In this document: positions 12,643 to 26,767 of the stretch, one piece after another
Position numbering within the stretch: the stretch's first letter is position 1
Layout of the letters: every line of letters begins with the position of its first letter
Program-made: the position numbers and the translations under genes
The notes under the pieces: generated by a model
The model's input: the letters and a program-made list of their open reading frames with translations, nothing else
Databases searched by the model: none
What the model was told of the DNA's origin: nothing
Source of the DNA: Octopus vulgaris
Taxonomy: Eukaryota
Direction of reading: 5' to 3'
DNA length: 64,000 nucleotides
NCBI GenBank assembly: GCA_951406725.2
Contig: OX597830.1
Coordinates: 3,348,001 to 3,412,000 of the forward strand

Positions 12643-14754
12643 AATGCTCTGAAATATTGGCATCTTGTAGCTAGGTTGCTTCTAACTCAATTGTTGCTAA
12701 CTCTATACATTGCCTCTGTATCCCAGTAGAAATGGTAGTTATATCTCCCTCAAATCACACCTTACATCTTTAAAAAAAAAGGAAGAACATATTTAGACAA
12801 CATTGGATCTTGAAGAAGCTGATATTCAAACAAAGGAGGAGGATGTGAGCTGAAACACTTTAGTTTTAGGTTTGCTTCAAAAGAATTAAATTATTCTCAG
12901 AATGTATTCCATATCCCACAGTTTTCATTCATATCCCTACGCCAGTGCCATCTTAATCCGTGGACACACTGAACAGTTTGCCTGGGGGCTCTCACTGGTC
13001 TAAGTATCCAATTCTGATTATGTATGATGTAGCTTGCAGTCAATAAATTAATATTATAATACCCAATGCATTGATTTGCTGTGGGGCCTGTAATACAGGT
13101 AAGGAAACTCTGTCTAAAGCCAATGCAGAAGTTGTACATATAAAAATGCTTTCTAGACACAAAACTAGAGATTTTGAGTGAAGGGGCTTAGTTGATACCA
13201 TTGACCCAAGTACATGACTGGTACTTTTTTTATCGCCACTAAAATGATCAAAGACAAAGTTGACCATGGCAGAATTTGAACTCAGAATGTTATGCATTGG
13301 AAGAAATACCACTAGGCATTTTGTCCAACAGTTTACTAATTCTGCCAGCTGGCTACTTTCTTGGCCTGTATTTTAATGAGGATCATAATTACTTTTTTAA
13401 TCCTAATTGCTAATAATTGTAGGGAGAATATTTTTGGTTGGTCACATTCGAAACTTAACTTTTTCTACTTGCAGCAAATATGTTTTCTCACAATTCAGAG
13501 ACAATGTTGAAAGTTCAACTGAATCTTGAAGTTTTGGAATAGAAATCTATTAAAATTTTGCAACTAGCTATTAGATATTTAAAATGAACGCCATTGGATA
13601 CTGATTGATATCCTAAGTGAAGCTGTGAATTGTTGTGTACACTATTGTATATGTGTAGATGAGTGACATGATGCAATGTAGTAAAGTTATGGCAATGGCT
13701 CACAGCTGACAGCCACTGGCTAACCTCCATTGGGAAGCTGGGAGCAGTGCAGTGTGTCAGTCTTCCTTGTCTTTACACAGCATCTCTCATCAACGCTCCT
13801 TCCAGGCCTCCCCACATTCATATGCAGTAACTGAGTGCATTGCAGCCTCAGTCTAAGTAGGCAGAGCATCTTAAGTTAGAGCTGGTCACCAGTGATATGG
13901 GACGTAGGCCAGATCTTATGGGGATACCCTCATGGTACTTGGCAATCTCAAACATCTTGCTTTCTGTGTTGGTCAAGACAGATAAGTAGTGGAGTAGACC
14001 CTATGAGGAAAAAAAGAAAAAAAACAAGCTGTAGGAGTCAGCTTTAAAGTACTTTCTGACAGAATGGATTTAAAGCAGACCCGTGCAGCTGGGAGGAGAT
14101 TCAGTTGCCGATGGTCATTTTTGCTACTTGATCTCTCTATGAGATAATGATACTGGGAAATGAGCACTTGCAACAGGACTCTAAAGATTTATTGTGAATG
14201 TATCTTCTCCTGCATGTGTGTGCCTCTCTGTGTGTGTGTGTGAACGAGAGAAAGAGAAACCCTTTAATGAGAACATAAATCTTTAATAATTGTTATTCGA
14301 ATATTTATTTTGTTTTTATCAAAGCAGGTCAAATAAATCAACCTTCTATAGAATTCTCAGCAGTATTTTAGCAATTATTATGATAGAAAATCTGTAAGGA
14401 AAACTCAAATGTGCCAATATATCTTATCTGAAATCATCTAAAATATATAATCGTGGATTAAGTTTTGTCTTGGGAAATTAACTTAAATTATATACTAATT
14501 CTTTTCCTTTCTTTCAGCTACTACAATAATGTACCTACTTCAGATACTATCTTTTAATAACATTGATATTTTTTTCATAAGTGGAGAGAAGAACATATTT
14601 CTAAAAGTCTGATGCCATGAAGATGACTGTAAAACAAAAATATAATTTCCAATTTCCAATAGATTATTTCTTTTGATATGAACATTCTTGTCTCACTTCT
14701 TATATTTCTATTTTATTAATATTTTAGCTTTTTTCCTTTTACTTTCTATCACAA

Positions 14755-14764
14755 AATAATAGTA

Positions 14765-14823
<59 letters not shown>

Positions 14824-14884
14824 TATAGACAGGACAATAATGATAGTAATGATAATAATAATAATAATAGACAAGACAATAATA

Positions 14885-14943
<59 letters not shown>
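14755..14943. repeat. (AAT)n microsatellite (also 51505-51634, 57398-57452)
   Basis: Read directly; gives the poly-Ile pseudo-ORFs. Confidence 0.95.
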
Positions 14944-14945
<2 letters not shown>

Positions 14946-15592
14946 AGTGTTTTTTATTTTTTTTACTTGTCATAACACTTATATTATTACAAGACACTTT
15001 CGTATTTTTTATATTTTATTTTTTGCGTGTTTTTCTCAGGAAGAAAACACTTAACTTGTGATTCACAGGAGATAGCTGGTTCATGAGAGTTAAGTTTTTC
15101 ACAGCGAGACAACAGCTTGCAATGTAAGGTTAATATTTCGCTAAATAGATACTGAACTGCTCCATATATAGTCACAATGTCAACCTTACACAGCTCACAA
15201 GTTTTGCTCTTTGCAAGGGTCTGCAGGGTGACAGTCTGTTCTGCTCAAATCAAAAAACTTTATCATTAAGACAAGTCCTTGTGACAGTTTGTTCTGATCA
15301 TCTCTAATCTTTTACATCTAATTCTAATGGTTTTAGGATAACAAGAAGAAATGTACTCATAACTTTTATGTTTCATTTATTTCGGTCATTGGACTGCTGC
15401 CATGCTAGAGCCCTGCCTTAAAGGGTCAAAGAAATCAAGCCCAGTATTTAGTTTTCTAAGCCTGGTCCTTATTTTAGCATTCGCTTTTGATAGGGACATA
15501 AACAAACCAATACCAGTTAACAAGGAGTGGTAGGGGGAACAAGTATGAACACAAAGATACACATTCACACTCACATGTATGTATGTATTTGT

Positions 15593-15633
<41 letters not shown>

Positions 15634-15689
15634 ATGATTGCCTCATCTTGTCAGATGATAGCCATCTCACATTCAATCTGACTGATTTT

Positions 15690-15865
15690 GAAGTCATCTG
15701 GAGGCTGTAATTGAAGCCAATGGCGATTTTATTGAATAAATTTACTCTTTAGTATTTCAAGATATTTTTATGTAATTTTGGTAAATATATCTGTTTAAAT
15801 GAGATCCAAGTGTTATTTTAATTTCTGCATAATTTAGACAACAATTTATTTACCACACCTTATGT
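15690..15865 (+). mobile_element. Tc1/mariner-superfamily 3' end fragment
   Basis: Translates F.SHLEAVIEANGDFIE*, the typical Tc1-type C-terminus, followed by a TIR-like end near TA. Confidence 0.55.
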
Positions 15866-15876
15866 ATGTGTGTGAT

Positions 15877-15877
<1 letters not shown>

Positions 15878-15920
<43 letters not shown>

Positions 15921-16043
15921 TATCATCATCATCATCATTTAACGTCCGTTTTCCATGCTAGCATGGGTTGGACGGTTCCTGTCAAGCTGTCCAACCCATG
16001 CCAGTTTTGAAAACAGATGATCAATGATGATGATGATGATGAT
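15878..16043. mobile_element. Two very short RTE 3' tails head-to-head, forming an imperfect palindrome
   Basis: (CAT)n-TTAACGTCCGTTTTCCATGCTAGCATGGGTTGGAC ... GTCCAACCCATGCCAG..GAAAACAGATG..(GAT)n. Confidence 0.75.
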
Positions 16044-16920
16044 GTTTGGCTTCTGGACACTTCCAACACACAGGCACCAAATTCACGGCATTGGTTGTCC
16101 CAGAGTTATAGTAGCAGAAACTTGCCCAAGGTACCTTGATGTTGAACTGAACCCCAAATCCACATAATAGCAAAGCAAACTTCTCAGCCACGCACCTAAC
16201 ACAAAATAGCTGCAAACTAACAAAGAAAGAGAGAATTTAGATAAGATACACCATCAAGAAGTGGTAGAAAATAACCAATATGAGTGTGTGAGAACAGTTA
16301 CGGTTAACAAGATTATAATTATTCAGGGTCTTAAAGGTTTTAATGTCATCGTCACAGATGAAAATATGTTAATATCTTATATCTATACCTTAAGTGTGGG
16401 AACAAAATTGGCTTTGGGGGTGCAAACCCACATCCAACCTGAGATGTTCAAAGTGTTTTCATTGCCCCACAAACATTTTAGGGGTGCAAGAACACCCCCT
16501 GTTACCCCTGTTCCTGAGTCTGTGTTAGATGTCATGTAATTGCATGTACATTCTATTTAATAATTACCACATTGCAATGTTTAACATCTACATCCAAGCA
16601 TGCCTTTAATGGTTACATCTGTTTTAGGTTTTATGTCTACATCTACATAGGTTTAACTACATCTACACATATTTAATACATACAGCTATATATGTTTAAT
16701 AGTTATACTTACATGAGTTTGATATTTGCATCTACATTATATCTAAAAAATATATCTTCACATGTTTAAGATTTACATGTATGTCATGTTTAATTACAGC
16801 TAAAAATGTTCAGTATTTACATCTCATATGTTTAATGCTTGCATCTTCTCTCTTTGCTGCTTTTGTAAAAAGAGATTTTATTGGTCTTAACAAATGATCA
16901 AGAATGTTAATTTTAATTCA

Positions 16921-16970
<50 letters not shown>

Positions 16971-17319
16971 ATTTAACTACATTCTTCAACACTTACCCTC
17001 ACTACAAGTTCATTCTTCTCTGCTAGAAACCACCAAAATGATTCAGTTCCTGTCTGTCCTTCCAGCTTCCCTCATCTCTATTTTTATCTCTTCTCTTTCC
17101 TCCTTCCTTGATAAAGGACAACTGCTCAGATTATCAGTTTCTTTCCCATTCCTCCACATAGTTATTGCATTGACTTGGTTCCCTTATACCTTTCAGTAAT
17201 TGTTTCACTCATCAGGTGATGGGGCTTTTTTCTCTTGTTTTCTCTCTTGATTTTCTCATGTCTTAATATGAATATGTTTCATGTGTAAGCCTCTCATCAC
17301 TTAATATTTCGTTTACCCA

Positions 17320-17540
17320 AGGTGGTGAGCTGGCAGAATCGTTAGCACACTGGGCAAAATGCTTAGTGTTATTTTATCTCTCTTTATGTTCTGAGTTCAA
17401 ATTCCACTGAGGTTGACTTTGCCTTTCATCCTTTCAGGGTTGATAAATTAAGTACCAGTTGTCTACTGGTGTTGATCTAATCGACTAGCCCCCTCCCCCA
17501 AAATTTCGGGCCTTGTGCCTAGAGTAGAAAAAAGAAAAAG
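17320..17540 (+). mobile_element. SINE family 1 with ~17-bp target-site duplication
   Basis: Full-length copy flanked by AATATTTCGTTTACCCA (17303-17319) and AATATTTCGTGTACTCA (17541-17557). Confidence 0.85.
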
Positions 17541-20500
17541 AATATTTCGTGTACTCATGTGATGTGTCATCTCCTTCATCATACCTGATAATATGAATAT
17601 CGTCTTTAGTCAACATACTTTATACTTTATTTGCTTAATTTGCCTTATCTTCTCAAAAGTATTCTCCTTTCTTCTTTTTTTACTCTTTTCCTGAAATCTC
17701 TTATTTTCACAATATTTTCATCAAGAATCTAGTCTCATCTCATCCACGGTTTAAATGTACTGAAAATTCTCTAAATTCATGATTTTCCTCATCTTGAGCC
17801 CAACTGGAATAATATCAGGAGACTGAGGTAAAAGACAACAAGAAAATTAATTTCAGAAGAAATAAATGGGTCTCCATCAGAGACATAACTACTTTCCGTT
17901 TTTTGAAGAAATTTTAGCAGTACTTTGTCAAATGTTTTAGTTTTATTGAGACTGGATGGATTTTATCAATTAAAATGAAGCATTAAGAAACTGTGTGGCT
18001 TTGAGGATTGGATTCAAAGAATAATGTAATATTTTATTATGGAAGAAGTTAGAAAGTTGGCTAAATAACTATTAGAATATTTTTTAAAGAGAAGTACGTA
18101 ATTCTTTACATGAAAAAGATTGCAATCCAATACTAATAGAATTGATGTAAGAACATTTTAAAGAAAATAAATTTTAGCTTCAATACAAATGGAATAATAT
18201 TTCCAATGATAAAACCTAAGAGAGCTAATGAAAACAATACAAGGAATTGACCAAACATTCATAACAATGCCCGAGGGTTAATTAACTCATTTAAGATCAG
18301 ATGTTTAAGAAATGCTTGACAAATGACTCAGAAAATAAAGTACATAGTCATTAAACAAAATTTTAAAATGACTAATTATCATTTGAGCAAGTTGTAATGA
18401 ATGCCATAATAGTATCTGAAAAAGAAAAGAAGTAATTTTTAATACGAATTGCTGAAGGCTAAATGAAATATAATTTCTGTTAAACCTTTGGGGAGAAAAC
18501 TATACAATGTGATTGTGTCTTGGAGATTATAGAAGCAATTTTTAATTAAAATTGATTATGTTTCATTACTGTAATTCTTATTTCAGAATTACTGAATTTT
18601 TAATATGCCAAATGAGAATAGTTATAAAATTCAGTCTAAATTTTGACTGTCATAATCTGCTTGTTTTATGGTTCTCTATCTGCTTACAAGAACTAAACAG
18701 AACGAATTATAGAAATGGTGTCAGATGTCTTAAAAATAAATCTCTTGTATCTTCATAGTTCTCCGCTAGTGACAGTTCATGGTGCTATTTATTTCTTTAA
18801 CATCACTTTGTTTGACTGGCAAACACAATCATGAAGAGAAATTTATTTGGTCATCATTTTTAGATGTTCCTTAGAAATATTGGTTCACAGTATGTCCAGC
18901 AGCAAAACCAAAAGTTCAAAGTTACTTTTAACATCTAATTCAATTCACTCTTTAAACCTTGTATCACCTCCAGCAACACTGTTGATATATCATCATCATC
19001 ATCATCGTCATTGTTACTGCTATCAGCAATCCAAATATTTATTTATTGACTTTATTTCACAATTTGTTATGTTTTACAGGATAATATGAGACTTCAGGAA
19101 AAGAAATAAATGAGGAAAGCAAATACTAGTTGAAATATAGCTTAATGGCTTCTGAATTTAAGGGGGTACCTTTTAAGAAAATTGGATTAACTAATTACTA
19201 ACCAGTTCATATTTGACCCCCCTTGTCTCTACGTGTTAGAAGGTATTACTGTCATAAAACAAGAAAATAGAGAAGTGAAAATGCAAGTAGAAAAGATTCC
19301 CTTTTAGAAATACAACAATGAAATATAATATCTTAATATATCACCAACGACAGTGATAGACAGATATAGGCAGATGGAATTTCAAAGAACTAAGATTCTC
19401 TACTACTTCCACCTTAAGTATTTTCTGACTTACAGACAATCATATTCATAATTGTAACCAAATATAGGTGACAGTGTGTAAAAGGAAGGATGGGTAGCCA
19501 TGTGAGGTTAGCTATCTTGTATTACCTGTAATATGCAATTAGCCCTTAGGCTCAATTCTAACTCTCACCACCAATGCAAGTAATTACATTAAAAAATGTT
19601 GACAAGCAATTTTATTGGTTAATTCATGTAAACAATATTTACTGAACCAGTTCGAATAAATTATCTTCTCTTTTGATCTGCTTTGTCACTGGCTGCACAA
19701 GAGAATTAAATGGCTGATGCGGATTATGAAGAGGTGTTAACACTTCCTGTCTTCCTTGAAATAATGTGTAGCTGACAACCTACAAGAGTAGCGAGAATGA
19801 AATCGAACGAATGAACTGAAATCAAATATCTTGATGTAAAGACTGCACTCGTGTATGTAGGTGAACATATACAAGCACCACGTACACTCACACATATGCC
19901 GTTGCACAGAGAGGGAAATCTTTGCACAAATGCTTTTATTACTGCTGCTGCTGCTGCTGCTGCTGCTGTTGTTGTTGTTGTTGTTTGAACAGAAAGAAGA
20001 AAGACTGAAAAATGTAAGAAATAGCTAATTTCTCCAGATAAAAAGCTTCTCCATCAAATAAATTCAATCTATAGAAAATGAAAAGGAACACACATCTACA
20101 GACTGATTATTTCTGCAGTCATTACAACAATCAGAGATTAAAAATCTAACAGATTCATTTGTTAAACAAGAGATTCCTGGAGTGGCCGTGTGAATTATGA
20201 ATTACATCATTAAGTCAAGTATTTATCTAAAATTTCTGATTGTTTTAACTGACTTTTAGAAAAGCAAGCATGACACTCACCACAGAGCAGTTGGGAGGGA
20301 ATAATGATAGATCCCAAAAAAACGATGAATTTGTATTGAGTCCTCGATATCTTATAGGAAGGCAGGAATATGCTTTTTAATCTGGAACTGGATTCTGGAA
20401 CAATAATGCTCCATCCATGTTTGAGACAAACATTTTAGGGGGGGGAGTAATCATGATGCTATCAACATCTAGGTAAATACTTATTATTCAGCATTTAAAA

Positions 20501-21339
20501 TGACCATATCTGGCCAAAATATTCTGCTTTATACTATAACTAATCATATCTGGGCACTCACACCTACCCAGCAATGTCATTCTAAAAATTAAACAATCAC
20601 ATCTTCAAAATTTCATAGCTACCAGATAATGCAGGATTAAATTTTTTTAATGTGGTTAAATAAGCATTAGATTTGGTAAATTCAGCTGAATGTTAAAGGG
20701 TTAACACAGGTGTCTCAAGCATACAACCTGCAAATTAGATTTGGCTTTTGCTAATGCTTAGTTTGGGCTCAATTTTATTTTTAAAAAAAATCATTATTTT
20801 TACTTGTAATGTATTTTGTAAAATGTACATTGCTAGTATGTATTCGAAGTTGAAACCTGACTAGTATCATAATTAACACTGATTCTAATTAGCAAAATTA
20901 ATGCGTATTAAGGAATCTATTATTATTTCAACCAATGAAATAGAAGCTTATGACTCTAGACCCTAAAAGATGTGACCTATTTTCACTTCATTTTCTCCAT
21001 ACATTCTAAGCTAAATGCAAGTCTTTTTCTCTAAATTTATGCATGTGTTTGCCTGACAGGATTCTTTTGCTGTGAATAATATTGAAAAGTTTTGCTTCTG
21101 AAACAGTGTAGGTCTATTCAAGAACTGTATGCATTCATTTGGACAATATCTATCTCTGCTCTCAATCTGAAAAATCTTACTTAAATAACTGTGCACAAAA
21201 ATATAAGGTTCTGACACTTCATACTCTTTACTTTCTTTATTGTTAATAAAATTTATGTGATGTATACTGACCCCTTTGAGAGTCAAAACTATTGAAAAGG
21301 CTGCAAGACACAAGGAAAATTTTAGAAAAATAAAAAAGA

Positions 21340-21480
21340 AATAAGTGGAAATTTTACCAGTGAGTGTGTTAAATTATAAGGCACCAAAAGAGAATGACTC
21401 TCCCCAGATACAACAGAATATGCTTCAACACACAAACTCACATAAAGAATCTTGCAAACCAAATCCAAAAACGAAATATC
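21340..21480 (+). mobile_element. Solo PLE terminal-repeat/tail fragment related to the Naiad-like element
   Basis: Encodes MTLPRYNRICFNTQTHIKNLANQIQK, homologous to MTIPKYNNICFNTGLHIKNLAQQIFK at 27732-27655 (-); both run into microsatellite. Confidence 0.65.
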
Positions 21481-21490
21481 TATCTGTTTG

Positions 21491-21535
<45 letters not shown>

Positions 21536-21542
21536 ATATATA

Positions 21543-21585
<43 letters not shown>

Positions 21586-22690
21586 CTAGCAGTATCACCC
21601 GGTGTTGCTTGGGTTTGTTTCGACCCTTTAGAATTGGAATTTTTGAAAAGTAAAAATTTTGCATTATGCGACTTGTTATTCTCTTCAAGTAAACATTTTT
21701 CCAGTTGAAATACACCGAAAATGATGACACAGCAGTCAAAAATCGTAAAAAATAGGGATTTTCATAGGGAAAAAGCACCTTTCTAATGTAAATAATTTTT
21801 GGTGTTAACATGGTCCGATTTGAATTTTATCTTCTACAGAATGAAGAGCAAGTCTTCTATCATACTCTCAATTTTGGTCTCAAAGGAGATAGTGTTAGTT
21901 GAAGGCTACCAAACCTGCCACACACAGACAACTTCAGCTTTATATATATATAGATTTGCTACACACTACTTTCCATCCTTAATAATGAAACTTGGTAGAT
22001 CCAAAAGTTAAACACACAGACACACACAGATACACACACAGATACACACACAGATACACACACAGACACACAAGTTGAGTTTCATATATATAGATTTCGC
22101 AACGGGGATTTCAGGGGAGAGTTTCAGGGAGTCGCTGGCGATGTATTGTGATGATCAAAAATCTGGCCTACTAAAATTTGGTTAAAGTGATTCAAACTGC
22201 AGACTCAACGCAAAATGGTCACATTTAATTCAAAGCGTTAAAAATGTTATGAAAACAATTGGTATGTGTTAAAAAAGTCCAAACGATTAATACGAAAAGA
22301 CCCTCCAGGCTACATCCCGAAAATTCATTTCTTTGTCGAATTTCTACAATGTTTACGGCAACTCGTTTCTATATCTTGATTTTTTATTTTTCAGGCAATT
22401 TACGCATGCTTGCACGCGTGGTGAACACAGTTCACATCAAACAGCTGACTGAGTATAGTTCACTATTCAATGCATGGGATAAGGCCTAAACAACACATTA
22501 ACAATCTTTGCACTTGCGATATGAATTTCGGAACAGAAATAGCGCAGTTCAATTTTCATTCGCCTAAACATTAAGTGACCCATTTTTGGTCATTCTACGA
22601 TTTGTTGGCTAGAAGATGTGCCGGGAAGTTAAACACACAAACACACACATAGATACACACAGACACACAAATTGAGTTTTATATATATAT
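21586..22690 (-). mobile_element. Non-autonomous Helitron (21586-21954) with two further upstream 5'-end segments
   Basis: Minus strand: A|TCTATATATA at 21954, hairpin CCC..GGG (21598-21613), CTAG|T at 21589-21586. A second A|TCTATATATA start lies at 22094 and a third similar start at ~22690. Confidence 0.75.
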
Positions 22691-23481
22691 AAAGAAGATT
22701 GTATGTATAAATACACAATACATTGCTTGATACACATTTGAAATTGGTTTTGTTCCATTGGTCCTTTCAACTAACAATCTTTTCAATAACCAGTTATATG
22801 AAATTAAAATCAAAATTACAATTTAAAATCATATTATTCAAAGTTGAAGAAAACCTTAAATCAAAAATTAGCTTTAATAGAAAGGAAAAAACCTGTTATA
22901 CCCAGGGGAAATTAATTAATGGTAAAATAAATTAACATTTATGCCCGTTTATAATAAAAATATTCAAAGAACCAACATCATAAAAATGCATATACATTTA
23001 TTTATACACATACCAAAAGACCTATATATACATATATACACTAAACATACAAATGTTAGTAACATGCCTACACACGTATACAAACAAATACAAGCAAAAT
23101 ATGTATACTGATGTATATATAAGTATCTACGTACATATGTATATACATAATGGGCCTTTGTGTGTATTTCTAAATGCACAATTTAGTTGTTGCAAGTTAG
23201 AAGAAGTAAATCAGAAAAATAATAAGTGGTGGGAGAAAAAAAAAGAAGGAAAAGAAGTGATGGGAGAAAGAAAAAAAAAGAAAGGAAAATAGAAAAAAGA
23301 GAAAGAACAGATTGATAGATAGATAGAGAGGGAGAGAAATGATTTGGGAGGTGGCACTCCCAAACAGTATCAAATGCATGCATATAAAAATGCACAAAAA
23401 TAAAACATGCATATCTACATAAATACATATATATATACAATAGTATACATACATGTAGACATCCATACAAATATACAAATA

Positions 23482-23512
<31 letters not shown>

Positions 23513-24970
23513 CTACATACATATATTCACATCAAGATAGATATATAAACCATAACATATATATGCATACAAATATATTAAAAAACTGGTGCATTGAATA
23601 TTTAAACAAGAAAATTGATATTATATAATTAAGTGTAACGTAAATTTGAAAAATTTAAATTTGAAAAAATATAAATTTAAAATTTAAATATGAAAATGAG
23701 TAAAAATGAGAAAAAAAACTTAAATTTAAATTTGCAAAACAGTCGAAGGCTTTCTTAAAATGTCGAATGTAAAATATGAAGGCAAAATATGTTCCAGCAT
23801 TTTAATGCTAAAAGATGTCTATATGTTAGGTGTAAAAATTAAATTGAAATGAGAAAGTTGAAAATCTTCGAAAGTCAAAAAATTACCTATACGGTATTTT
23901 TTCAGTCGACATTTTAAACCTTGTAGCATGCCTGCAGGAATTTAAGAGCTCTCATCTTTGGTTCAATGCCTGATTTCCCTGGAACAGGATGAAAAGTTTC
24001 TCAGAGAGGCACAATTTGCATCTTATTGATCACCTCCATGTTTATATGGTGCTGCTTTCTTCAAAATTGTCCAGCTGATATTGAAAGGATGGGCATTATT
24101 TTCCTTCAATAGCCAGACATGTTTTGCAAGACTTGTTGCTGTCCTATTTTCAGGGTATCAAAAAGAATTTCAGTGAGAATAAAACCTGGTCTTGAAGGAA
24201 GTGTCTGAAGCTGCTGTGTATGTTTTGTATTCTTGTGAGCCATCTATCTGTACTTTAGCGCTATAAACTATTCCTTTCTCAAAACATTTCCCTCTTAATG
24301 GACAGCAAGTCTGATCTCTGAAATGTGACACTGTGGTTCCTTCTAAGGATTTTTGTATTGTGCTGATTAATAAAAAAGGTGAAGTTTTTGCAACAAGAAT
24401 AGCTAACCTACAATGTTCTCCTACTAAAAATTCTATAGTTTTAAGAATTCTCTACCTAAATTTGATTTTACAGCAATGTCAGATGCCAGGTTCAACGACT
24501 TAACTTTCCTAGTTCTAGTTCTGTGTTCTATTATTGCTAAAAGTAGTTTGACTATGCTGGATCTTCTCTGAGAATCCGCTGTTCCTTAATGTATTATTAT
24601 AATATGGCAAGGCATTTTGAAATGCTGTCTCGTCTGCAGATATGCATTTATTTACCTTTCTCATTTTCTTCTTCTATTTCTTCTTCTTTTTCCTTTTCTA
24701 ACTTGCAACAACTAAGTCGTACATTTAGAAATACACACTGAGGCTCTTTATGTGTGTATATATATATGTACATAGATACCTATATATACATTAGTATATA
24801 TATATTAATCCACTTTTTGTGTATCCAATTTTTGTGTATCTAGTACTCGCTTCTTCTTTTAGAGGCCTTTTAATGTACTTATATATGAATAACATATAGC
24901 CTAATGGCTAATTTGTCTTTTGTGCTAGATCACCGGTAATAATAATTTATTTTATTACCCTTTTTACTAT

Positions 24971-25005
<35 letters not shown>

Positions 25006-25084
25006 GCCTGTATTTGTTTGTATATGTATGTAGGCATGTTACCAATATTTGTATGTTTAGTGTACATAAGTATAGAAGTCCCAT

Positions 25085-25452
25085 ACCGGTGATAGGTAAA
25101 AAGCATCATTTGAACATGATGGCCTTACTGGCACGTGTGCCAGTGACATGTTAAAAACAGCATTCGATCATGGTCATTACCAGTGCCACTGGACTGGCTC
25201 CCATGCAGGTAGCATGGAAAATACACCTTTTGAGCGTGGTCATTGCCAGAACTGCCTGACTGGTCCTTGTGCTGGTGGCACATAAAAGTATCCACTACAC
25301 TCTCAGAGTGGTTGGCATTAGGAAAGGCATCAAGCTGTAGAAACATTGCCATATCAGATTGGAGCCTGCTGCAGCCTCCTGGCTTGCCAGTCCCCAATCA
25401 AACCGTCCAACATGGAAAGCAGACATTAAACAATGATGATGATGATGATGAT
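25085..25452 (+). mobile_element. RTE 3' tail inserted in the right inverted arm
   Basis: GAGTGGTTGGCATTAGGAAAGGCATC.AGCTGTAGAAAC ... (GAT)n; absent from the left arm. Confidence 0.8.
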
Positions 25453-25795
25453 AGGTGCTTTGGTAAATATATGTAAATATATTCTTATGATGCTGTTTCT
25501 ATGTATATTTTTATTATAAACGGGCATAAATGTTAATTTATTTTACCATTAATTAATTTCCCCTGGGTATAACAGGTTTTTTCCTTTCTATTAAAGCTAA
25601 TTTTTGATTTAAGGTTTTCTTCAACTTTGAATAATATGATTTTAAATTGTAATTTTAATTTTAATTTCATATAACTGGTTATTGAAAAGATTGTTAGTTG
25701 AAAGGACCAATGGAAAAAAAACAATTTCAAATGTGTATCTATCAATGTATTGTATATTTATACATACAATCTTCTTTTTTGTTCCATTCTCAACC

Positions 25796-25841
25796 AAAAC
25801 TGTCCGACAAATGGGAACGAGAAACTCTGAGTAACAGTTTT
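25796..25841 (+). ncRNA. Decayed type-I hammerhead motif
   Basis: AAAACTGT-CCGACAA-atgggaacga-GAAA-CTCTGAG-TA-ACAGTTTT: perfect 8-bp stem I, ACTC/GAGT stem III, GUA triplet; 5' core and stem II mutated. Confidence 0.6.
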
Positions 25842-26084
25842 TGTGATAATTTTGCAGTTTTATCAATATAGCATATTACTCTACCTCCAGTATTCAATTA
25901 ACTATTTTTTTCCACATTCTTTCATATTTAGGTGCTTACTATGCTATGTATGTATCTATATATATATGTAAAAGAGCGTAGGCTCAAAATGTAAAAGACT
26001 TTTTCTATTCCTGAACGTTATACTAATACATCTGTTTGTTTTGTACACCACCTATCTTCGTCTTTTGTTTTTTGTGAATTCTCC

Positions 26085-26132
<48 letters not shown>

Positions 26133-26767
26133 CTATATAAACTTTACTTTTTTTACATGTTTCTGTAACGACACAACTGTAATCCAGTTTTGTCTTTTTA
26201 TTAGAGATTGTTATATATTCATATCAAATTCATTTTGGAACAACAGAGTTTCTAAATTTATATCCAGCATTTGCAGACTTCTGCAGCTTCATTTTCAAGA
26301 ACTGAGATAGATTAATCATGGAAACCGTACACATAACACAACACTAAAATATACATGCAAATAAAACAAGCATCAGAAGATTAACATACATTTACTAACA
26401 TCAGATCATAATTGTAAGACAAAATAAATTTGACCAGAACGAAACAAATATACATGAAACTGCTGATATGGAAGCCTTATCGTTGAAACAATTTTTCACA
26501 TAAAAGTCTACAAAAAGTCAACTGAAATATAAGAAGCAACACAGATGCCAAATTTGTTACAAAACTTGAAAATGAGTCTGTGAAGATCAGGAGTAGATTA
26601 ATGTGGATTTAGGAACTTTATTCTTCCAAATTAATTGCAAAAAAACGATATGGATATATGAAAATTCATTCTATGATAAAAAAGACTAAATTGGATCGGT
26701 CTTGTCGTTAATGAAGGATATAGAGATATATATGTGTATACACACACACACGCACAATATATGTATA

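Larger units (their letters stand above)
22691..25850 (-). mobile_element. 5'-truncated Nematis-like PLE between long inverted repeats
   Basis: 23883-24655 (-) gives a broken thumb+GIY-YIG: ALPYYNNTLRNSGF, CCPLRGKCFEKGIVYSAKV, FKTRFYSH, TSLAKHVWLLK, ISWTILKKAAPY, CKLCLSEKLFI, LNQR.ELLNSCRH. Arms 22691-23205 and ~24690-25779 are reverse complements. Confidence 0.85.

Noticed and set aside
23862-23912. tcga-CTGAAAA-..tacc/ggta as a hammerhead at the Nematis ORF end
   Set aside because: It lies within the last codons and lacks the GAAA box.
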